IMG/VR virus record: IMGVR_UViG_3300002821_000230
Source of the DNA: a virus
Length of the DNA: 25,798 nucleotides
Strand: one strand, 5' to 3'
The position numbers and the translations under genes were made by a program. A model generated the notes under the pieces. It was not told the origin of the DNA, did no database searches, and saw nothing but the letters and a program-made list of their open reading frames with translations. Shown piece after piece: positions 16,340 to 22,757 of the stretch (position 1 is the stretch's first letter; each line of letters begins with the position of its first letter).

Positions 16340-16720
16340 TTACCACCTCAAAATTTGAGCCTCTATACTCCCACCGCGGTCCCATATCCGGTATAGATCA
16401 TTTAACACCTCGCCGAGAGCCTCGCCGGTCGGCGGATCGATCCCGTCCCGGCTGGCGAGGTCGTCGAGTTGTGACCACGGTTTTATGATACCATCTATCT
16501 CTATGCCGCCTGGATAGAGGGTGATCGGGATCACCTCGCTCAACTCAAAGTACGGCGTTCTAAACGACCATTTTGATCGATATGGTACGCCCTCCCACCC
16601 GTAGAACGATACCAGATCACCTACAGCATATTTGTGACCGATCCGGATTGTCTGCCGGACGGTGCCGTCAACGACCCCCCGGATCTTCTGGTCATACGTA
16701 AGAGGGAGATTATGTTTCAT
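16340..16720 (-). CDS. ASCH/PUA-like domain protein
   Basis: DG..RQTIR....GD.V.FYGW.G...LA.RDG pattern; ATG16720 overlaps the upstream TGA. Confidence 0.7.
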   Translation of the reverse strand: MKHNLPLTYDQKIRGVVDGTVRQTIRIGHKYAVGDLVSFYGWEGVPYRSKWSFRTPYFELSEVIPITLYPGGIEIDGIIKPWSQLDDLASRDGIDPPTGEALGEVLNDLYRIWDRGGSIEAQILRW

Positions 16721-17193
16721 CTGCACCGCCTCCTGATCGGGCAGGTCATTCCCGGCGGACATCTGCGCTCGGTCGAGCCGCAGGTATCACGTTTGCCCGT
16801 CTCGCAGCGTATCTGCTGGTATGCCGGGCACTGTTCGGGAGCTGCCGGCACCTCCCCGACGGTTTTGTATGGCCCGAGGGTCTCAATACCCAGCTCCTGC
16901 GCTAGGGTAAACTCGCGCGCAGACCCCACGCTCCCGGTTGACCAGCCGGGAAGGAGGAGCATGGCATCAGGGTCGAGCCTGGAGATGATATCCAGATCGG
17001 CATCGACCCATTCTGAGTGCGCGATTTCATGAATATACTGTTCGAAGTGGGCGGTGTTGAGGTGCGGGGTGAACACCGCCCACCCCTTCCGCCACGCTGC
17101 GATCGCGTACTCCCTGGCGACCGAGATGTTGTTGTTCGTCTCCTCTGAATCCATGCCGGTATACGGACCGCAGATGTAGAGCAGCGGTCTCAT
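16717..17193 (-). CDS. DUF4406 / nucleoside 2-deoxyribosyltransferase-like protein with Cys-rich tail
   Basis: LYICGPYT, AVFTPH, MLLLPGWS..S.GSAREF..A..LGI pattern with the conserved Glu. Confidence 0.75.
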   Translation of the reverse strand: MRPLLYICGPYTGMDSEETNNNISVAREYAIAAWRKGWAVFTPHLNTAHFEQYIHEIAHSEWVDADLDIISRLDPDAMLLLPGWSTGSVGSAREFTLAQELGIETLGPYKTVGEVPAAPEQCPAYQQIRCETGKRDTCGSTERRCPPGMTCPIRRRCR

Positions 17194-17315
17194 GGATGTT
17201 GCTCCCCCCTGCGGTATCCGAGGTACTTATAGCAGATCGGGCACTGCCATCCGTCATCGAGTGCCAGCATCTCCCCGCACCCGTTGGGACACTCGTGGAG
17301 TGAGTAGACGGTCAT
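17190..17315 (-). CDS. Small Zn-ribbon protein (41 aa), absent from the ORF track
   Basis: MTVYSLHECPNGCGEMLALDDGWQCPICYKYLGYRRGEQHP; TGA overlaps ATG17193. Confidence 0.65.
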   Translation of the reverse strand: MTVYSLHECPNGCGEMLALDDGWQCPICYKYLGYRRGEQHP

Positions 17316-17469
17316 AGCATGTTTTATGTCCGCAAACGCTCTTTTTGGAGAACTCATGGCTGAACCTCCGCTTCACAGTTCTATGCAGGCATTTTATATA
17401 ACCCTTGTCTTTTGTTTCCACTTGTTATCTTTAGATACCTATATATTCTCTGAGAGTTTATTCTCTGGC
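17316..17469. promoter_or_regulatory. Divergent promoter region
   Basis: AT-rich gap; TTTTATATAA at about 17392-17401 and TATATAT at about 17440-17446, about 25 nt before ATG17470. Confidence 0.6.
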
Positions 17470-17685
17470 ATGACAGACATGACAAACCATGAATCGTCAG
17501 ACGACACCCTCCCGAGCCTGCTCACCGTCGAGGAGACGGCCAGATACCTGAGGGTGCACACCAAAACGGTGTACAGCCTCATAAAATCCGGGGCGTTGCC
17601 GTCCTCATGTGTTGGTCGGCAGCACAGGATCAGGAAGGAGGATGTCGAGGATTACCTGCGGCGGCAGGAAACCGCGGGAAGATGA
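17470..17685 (+). CDS. Excisionase-like HTH_17 (MerR-type) DNA-binding protein
   Basis: LLTVEETARYLRVHTKTVYSLIKSGALP...VGRQHRIRKEDVEDYL; start corrected to ATG17470. Confidence 0.85.
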   Translation: MTDMTNHESSDDTLPSLLTVEETARYLRVHTKTVYSLIKSGALPSSCVGRQHRIRKEDVEDYLRRQETAGR

Positions 17686-17708
17686 GACTGTAGAGGAGGG
17701 GGAGTCCG

Positions 17709-17927
17709 ATGACCAGGATACTCAGGATTGAAACCTGTGACCGGTGCCCCTACGCGGTGGGGTCGCGCGGGTGCGGTCATGAAGATGTGCTCTGGAGTGA
17801 CGGGATAGTCAGCGGCAGGGCATGCCCGTTTGATGACTTTTTTGTGATCCCGGACTGGTGCCCGCTGGAACAGGTAGGACCTGACTGGCGGCCACCGAGA
17901 TCGGGGTCTGGGGGTGGTAGTGGATGA
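17709..17927 (+). CDS. Small Cys-rich protein
   Basis: CDRCPY..C..CP..IPDWCPL; GAGGAGGGGG RBS. Confidence 0.7.
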   Translation: MTRILRIETCDRCPYAVGSRGCGHEDVLWSDGIVSGRACPFDDFFVIPDWCPLEQVGPDWRPPRSGSGGGSG

Positions 17928-18256
17928 AGAACTTTTACCCTGGGACACACGCCTACGATGTTGCCGAACAGATATACCTCTGTGTTGGCACAAAACCATT
18001 CGTGTACAGGGATATCGCGGGGAAGTTTGATGTCACTCCAGGGAACCTGACCAGATTGAGGTCATGGGGTGCTGTGAGGAATCCTACACCGGCGGAGGAG
18101 GGTGATGAGCGACGTCTGCCAGATCAGTCAGAAGTCAGGTACTGGGTCCTGACACCGATCGCGATCCAGACAATCCGCCGGTATCGGGGTGAATCGGATC
18201 GAGAGGATTTTGATCATATACCAGCTGGTTTTGATCATATACCAGCTGGTTTTTGA
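17924..18256 (+). CDS. Hypothetical protein, possibly winged-helix; its 3' end runs into the repeat array
   Basis: 110 aa, ATGA overlap; ends DFDHIPAGFDHIPAGF encoded by the 21-bp repeats. Confidence 0.6.
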   Translation: MKNFYPGTHAYDVAEQIYLCVGTKPFVYRDIAGKFDVTPGNLTRLRSWGAVRNPTPAEEGDERRLPDQSEVRYWVLTPIAIQTIRRYRGESDREDFDHIPAGFDHIPAGF

Positions 18257-18650
18257 TCGGGATCACCACTTTTTGAGGGTTCGACCCCCATTTTTGATCT
18301 GGTTTTTCCAGTGGAAGCAGGGGTATAGTGCGGCACCTCCCCCGGTCCGGAGCCAAAAAAACCGATCAAAATCGATCAAAAATCGATCAAAAATCGATCA
18401 CTTTTCGGGATATACCAGTTGGTATATCGATCAAAATCATCAAAAATAGGGTATCCCAATGGGTAGGTATATATATTGAAAGATCGCCATTTTGGGCATT
18501 TCCGGTGAAAAAGTCCCGAAATGTCGATCAGATCTGGATAGTGTGTACACCAGTGATCCGGTGGTGCATCAAGAGAGACCTTACGAGATGTCTCAGATAA
18601 CCCGGATCTCCGTGATGGTGAGTTGGTAAAAAGTGTATGCACACTGATCG
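18197..18650. repeat. GATC/A-tract repeat array with inverted arrangement; candidate replication origin
   Basis: TTTTGATCATATACCAGCTGG x2 (18208-18249); TTTTGATC x4 on the left versus GATCAAAA x4 on the right; palindrome GATATACCA-GT-TGGTATATC 18409-18428; 17 GATC counted by eye. Confidence 0.85.
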
Positions 18651-18898
18651 TTTTTGTCGATGTCACATCAATATCCTCAGGGAAGGATACCCCTTGCTTC
18701 GGCAAGGTCTTCGGAGTCCCTCCTCTACCTTGCGCAAGCGTCTTGTTGTTGTGATATGTTTTTTATAGTATATATATGTATTTAAAGAGGCAAAAAGGGG
18801 GCTAAAACCACCTTTCAGGAGAGGGGGGTATCTTCCTGCGGCAGATCGTAAGGAGCATCGACAAAAACAATCAGTGTGCATACATTTATTATCTCAGC

Positions 18899-18913
18899 AA
18901 TATACAGTATATT
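18899..18913. promoter_or_regulatory. Palindromic operator upstream of the RHH gene
   Basis: AATATAC-A-GTATATT perfect 7-bp inverted repeat, 20 nt before ATG18934. Confidence 0.6.
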
Positions 18914-18933
18914 TGCACAAAGAGGCAAGTTAC

Positions 18934-19638
18934 ATGAGAAAACAACGTACTACACTATCCTTACCGCCTGATCTCATCGACCGGGCGAGGACCGCAGGTC
19001 TGACAAACATCTCAGAGTTTTGTTCTCGGGCACTTGAGGCCTATCTTGAGGGAGTCGAGAAAGCTGAAGCCGCTGCAACAAAACTCCTTGAAGAGGACAG
19101 GTATCAGGAGGAGCTCACAAACGAGGAGATCGATCGGGTGCTGGAAGAACACCTCGCGAAACACCGAGACCAGATACTCTCACGTCTCGTGAAATATGGG
19201 TCCTTAGGCAGAAAATGTATCGAGAAGATCAGGGTCCGTATTTTGCTCGACACCGGCAGAGAGATCCCGCCAACTCGAATTAAAGCTGCTCTTGTCAAGT
19301 TGCGCGACTCGGCCTGGGAAAATGGTGACCTTCATGTTGCACATGTAAAACTTCAGTATGATCGCGAGTATAGTCTTTATGGAGCAAAAATATGTGACTA
19401 TCTTGTGACCAGCGAAGACCGTCTCTCGGAGGCGATACGCGTCAAGGCAGAACATGACCCGGGTCTAACCTATTTGTGGGCCAGCGAGATTGTCGAGCAT
19501 TTCGCCAGCCTCGGTATCACCATACACAATCCAACGGTATACCGGGTGCTCGATACGATCTCGATCGACCAGCCAGCCGCGACACCGGTCAGAGAACCCC
19601 AACACGTACCACAACACACATATCACCCAACCGCATAA
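18934..19638 (+). CDS. Protein with N-terminal ribbon-helix-helix (CcdA/CopG-like) domain
   Basis: MRKQRTTLSLPPDLIDRARTAGLTNISEFCSRALEAYL; start corrected to ATG18934 (GAGG upstream). Confidence 0.8.
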   Translation: MRKQRTTLSLPPDLIDRARTAGLTNISEFCSRALEAYLEGVEKAEAAATKLLEEDRYQEELTNEEIDRVLEEHLAKHRDQILSRLVKYGSLGRKCIEKIRVRILLDTGREIPPTRIKAALVKLRDSAWENGDLHVAHVKLQYDREYSLYGAKICDYLVTSEDRLSEAIRVKAEHDPGLTYLWASEIVEHFASLGITIHNPTVYRVLDTISIDQPAATPVREPQHVPQHTYHPTA

Positions 19639-19680
19639 TCTCTAATCACCTCTGTTTGAGGCTGGAGAGACGAGAGACCC

Positions 19681-19845
19681 ATGAAAATCAACGTGGCACT
19701 GAACGAGAAGGACGCGATCGTGTTCGACCGCGTGAAGAAGAAGATCGGCATCCAGACGAATGCCGAGACGATGCGATACCTGATCACCAACTATGCACAG
19801 TCTGAGGGACTGGTGTCTCCTGATGAGGTGGCATCCGATGTGTAA
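19681..19845 (+). CDS. Small RHH-like protein (54 aa), absent from the ORF track
   Basis: MKINVALNEKDAIVFDRVKKKIGIQTNAETMRYLITNYAQ... beta-alpha-alpha pattern. Confidence 0.7.
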   Translation: MKINVALNEKDAIVFDRVKKKIGIQTNAETMRYLITNYAQSEGLVSPDEVASDV

Positions 19846-20206
19846 GGACTACCCCGACGGATGCGGCCAGACCTGCGGCTTCTCCGGTTTCGGTGAGTCG
19901 TGGTACCGGCCGGGAGTGGCCGCAGAACGGCAGAACGCCCCCTGCATGTTGCTTGACAGCCTCAAATCCTATACAATGCAGTATGGGAAGACGATGGTTG
20001 CATACGAGTGCGGCCAGGTCTGGGTGCTCCCATACCCTGTTAATGGCGGGTGGATCATCATGACATCATCAGACGGATCGGGTGTCGTGGATAGCGCGAT
20101 CTACCTGGAGGAGGACCGGGGATACCTCCTGTCCCTTGCCGTGGCCGAGGGGGCCATCGAGTATTACAGGTCGCAATCCTGCGCGAGAAATTGCGGGGTA
20201 TTCTGA
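19838..20206 (+). CDS. Hypothetical Cys-containing protein
   Basis: ATG19838 after GAGGTG; overlaps the upstream stop. Confidence 0.65.
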   Translation: MCKDYPDGCGQTCGFSGFGESWYRPGVAAERQNAPCMLLDSLKSYTMQYGKTMVAYECGQVWVLPYPVNGGWIIMTSSDGSGVVDSAIYLEEDRGYLLSLAVAEGAIEYYRSQSCARNCGVF

Positions 20207-20252
20207 TGTCAGGTCGTCGTGCAGTGGCACCATCAAGGTCTGTCCCGTATCA

Positions 20253-20283
20253 CCGCGACAGATATACCGCGATAGATATATAC
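20253..20283 (+). promoter_or_regulatory. Promoter of the structural block with a 14-bp tandem repeat
   Basis: CCGCGACAGATATA (20253-20266) and CCGCGATAGATATA (20267-20280) run into GATATATAC. Confidence 0.6.
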
Positions 20284-20330
20284 ACCCTAAATCCATTATC
20301 GTTACTCATGAGTAAACGAGGCGGGTGTTA

Positions 20331-22757
20331 ATGGGTTTACTTGACGCCATAACAGGCTGGGCCAAAAGTGCCGGGCAGCAGGCGTACCAGAACGTGATCC
20401 GGTCAGGGCAGCGGGGGTACGAGAGTTCCAGACAGGCACACGGTGGTCGATCCCCCACATGGCCGATCGTTACCCAACAGACCCGACAGGCACAACAGGC
20501 CCGGTCTCGCGTGAGTGGTGGCACGACCGGCGGTCGCGAGGTCACCGGGGTAAAAGGGGTCGAGTCGGGTGTATCAAACCCCACAGAGTCGATGTATCTC
20601 TACCCAATCTACACAGCGGCAAAGTCTCTTGCCGAATCTTACAAGAAGAATGTCACAGACAAGTTCTCGGGGTATGTAGAACCTCGACTCAAGGGTCATG
20701 GTGCCTGGGAAACCGTCGGCCAGGCGGCCACCGGGCTCGTCTCATCTCCAGGACTTACAGTCGAGTTCCTCGGCATGATCCCGGCCGGCGCAGAACGGCT
20801 GGCGCGGGAAACCGTCCGGGCCCCCAGCACCCTCCCACAAATGGCAGCATCCGGGCTCGCTTATCAGGCACACGGGATTGCTTCCGGGCTCAAAGAGAAC
20901 CCCGGCCGGACCGCGGGCGAACTCGTCGGGATGGGTCTGGTTACTCACGGGATCACCCGCGGTGCCACCAGGAGCCCGGTCCGTCCCGCCGTGGATGTAG
21001 CAAGGTTCCCGCTTGAATCCCACATCTCGTTCGGCATCAAGACCGCCCCCTCCCGCGGCAAGGTGGTCGGGTTCCAGCCGGTGGTCGGCATCAGCAAAAC
21101 CCCAAAAGGTACCCGCCCAACAGTCGGCACCCCCAGTGTCCGGATTGAGGCTGCACTCGGCGGTGAACGGTTCACGCCGGCAACCCCGCTGGAGACCCGG
21201 ATTGTCCAGAAAGCCCTCGGCGGCCAGGAAGCGGCCAGGATCGGCTATGCGAGGAACGTCCGGAAAGTCACACAGTCGTCCGGGCTCACCCTGAAACAGG
21301 CGACCCCGGTAATCCAGGAGGTCATCACCCAGCACAACATCCCCAACCCCAAGGCGGTATCAAAAGCGATCGCCACCGGGCTCCGGTCCGAGGGCGCACA
21401 ACTCTATGGCAGTGTTGTCCAGCGAGGTATCGGGCAGGAGGCCGGGAAGCCCGGCCTGTCCCGTGTCCCGCGCGACTTCGATATTCAGGTCGCCAACGCC
21501 CAGGCGTTCCAGAGGAAGATCATCAACGACATCAACCGGGCAGCCGGCAGGCAGGTCGTCGCGCCGGAAGGCCGTGGGGGGGTCGTCGTCCGGGAGACCG
21601 GCGCCAAACTTTTCGACATCCACGACCTTGAAACCACTCTCTCTGAACGGCAGTTCACCCCGAAAACTCCATCAGAGTATATCGCGTTCGGGATCAAAGG
21701 AGAGAAACTTGTCCCGACACGAGAAGGCATCCCGGCGATCACTCTCTCGGAGCAGGCGACCCGTAAACTCGAGGGTTCAATGCAGCTCCGGCCGGCCGTG
21801 GAAACCCTCGATGTTCCAGGCTCAACCCTGACACTCAAGGGGCAACTCCTCCCCAAAAGCTCCGGCAGGGTCAAGGACATCTCTGATACCTATTTCGCGG
21901 AAAAACTGGCCATCGACGTGATGAAAGGCAGCAAAAACCCGGTGACGGTTTCCAGGGCAATTGTTGGCGAACAATACCTGAACATGTACCTCGAAACCTG
22001 GGGCGAGGAGGTTGCCGCATCGGTCAGGGCACAGTATGCAAAAGAACTTGCCGGAGGCACACTGTCCGTGAAACTGGCAGATTTCTCCCAACCCGCGGTA
22101 AAGTCACCAGCGGTCCCAGCGGCCAGCGATTTCTACACCGGTGCGGTTGCAATTCAGTCACCATATTATGCTGCGGCATCACCCTCCAGGCCCGGGACCC
22201 CCGCAAGGAGCCCGACCTCGTCATCGATGTATTCCGCAGCATCGGAGATCGCGCGGGGCAGCGGCGTCGGCAGCGGGTCTCTGCTACCATCTCCGTCCCG
22301 GTCGCCGCCTCAGTATAGCCCGCCGGCATACACTCCGCCCTCCTTGTCGTCGGTATACACCACACCTTACTCACCACCTTACTCACCACCTTACTCACCA
22401 CCTTACTCACCACCTTACTCACCACCTTACTCACCACCTTACTCACCACCTTACTCACCACCTTACTCACCACCTTACTCACCACCCTACTCACCACCTT
22501 ACTCACCTCCCTACTCACCTCCCTACTCACCTCCCTACTCACCTCCCTACTCGCCGCCGGTATACACTCCCCCATACATCCCCCAGCAGAAGAGGATCAG
22601 GCCCAAAGACGACCGCAAACTCAGAGCCATTCGTCCCGACCTTTCCCTAACCGGTTTTGACTGGACGGTGACAAACCCGGTGCCGACATGGGAATCTGTC
22701 TTTGGCACCACCAAAACACCGAACCTCACCATAACCCTGTCGGAGTTCAAATTATGA
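20331..22757 (+). CDS. Large multidomain protein: Gly/Ala-rich N-terminus, AbiEii/Pol-beta-like nucleotidyltransferase domain, Ser/Pro-rich region with (YSPP)16
   Basis: ATG20331 after GAGGCGG (track start GTG20325); LYGS (21402) ... RVPRDFD (D at 21474 and 21480) ... KLFDIH ... ITLSEQATRKL ... RVKDISD (21867-21887). Confidence 0.75.
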   Translation: MGLLDAITGWAKSAGQQAYQNVIRSGQRGYESSRQAHGGRSPTWPIVTQQTRQAQQARSRVSGGTTGGREVTGVKGVESGVSNPTESMYLYPIYTAAKSLAESYKKNVTDKFSGYVEPRLKGHGAWETVGQAATGLVSSPGLTVEFLGMIPAGAERLARETVRAPSTLPQMAASGLAYQAHGIASGLKENPGRTAGELVGMGLVTHGITRGATRSPVRPAVDVARFPLESHISFGIKTAPSRGKVVGFQPVVGISKTPKGTRPTVGTPSVRIEAALGGERFTPATPLETRIVQKALGGQEAARIGYARNVRKVTQSSGLTLKQATPVIQEVITQHNIPNPKAVSKAIATGLRSEGAQLYGSVVQRGIGQEAGKPGLSRVPRDFDIQVANAQAFQRKIINDINRAAGRQVVAPEGRGGVVVRETGAKLFDIHDLETTLSERQFTPKTPSEYIAFGIKGEKLVPTREGIPAITLSEQATRKLEGSMQLRPAVETLDVPGSTLTLKGQLLPKSSGRVKDISDTYFAEKLAIDVMKGSKNPVTVSRAIVGEQYLNMYLETWGEEVAASVRAQYAKELAGGTLSVKLADFSQPAVKSPAVPAASDFYTGAVAIQSPYYAAASPSRPGTPARSPTSSSMYSAASEIARGSGVGSGSLLPSPSRSPPQYSPPAYTPPSLSSVYTTPYSPPYSPPYSPPYSPPYSPPYSPPYSPPYSPPYSPPYSPPYSPPYSPPYSPPYSPPYSPPYSPPVYTPPYIPQQKRIRPKDDRKLRAIRPDLSLTGFDWTVTNPVPTWESVFGTTKTPNLTITLSEFKL
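22365..22556 (+). repeat. 12-bp tandem repeat CCTTACTCACCA x16 encoding PYSP
   Basis: First 10 units identical (22365-22484); last 6 carry only synonymous changes. Confidence 0.95.

Noticed and set aside
18189-18881. Several short ORFs across the repeat array
   Set aside because: Low-complexity translations of the repeats with no RBS; the region is better explained as non-coding
20248-20257. TATCACCGC match to the lambda operator half-site
   Set aside because: A single 9-bp match in an archaeal context with no CI/Cro homologue; likely chance
22300-22570. PPxY late-domain (ESCRT/WW) interpretation of PPQY/PPAY/PPVY
   Set aside because: The main repeat is PPY-S, not PPxY, and WW-domain ubiquitin ligases are not known in the inferred host group
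22024-22650. VSKV-repeat (minus) and HHLT-repeat (plus) ORFs
   Set aside because: Alternative frames of the 12-bp repeat; the variants are synonymous only in the YSPP frame
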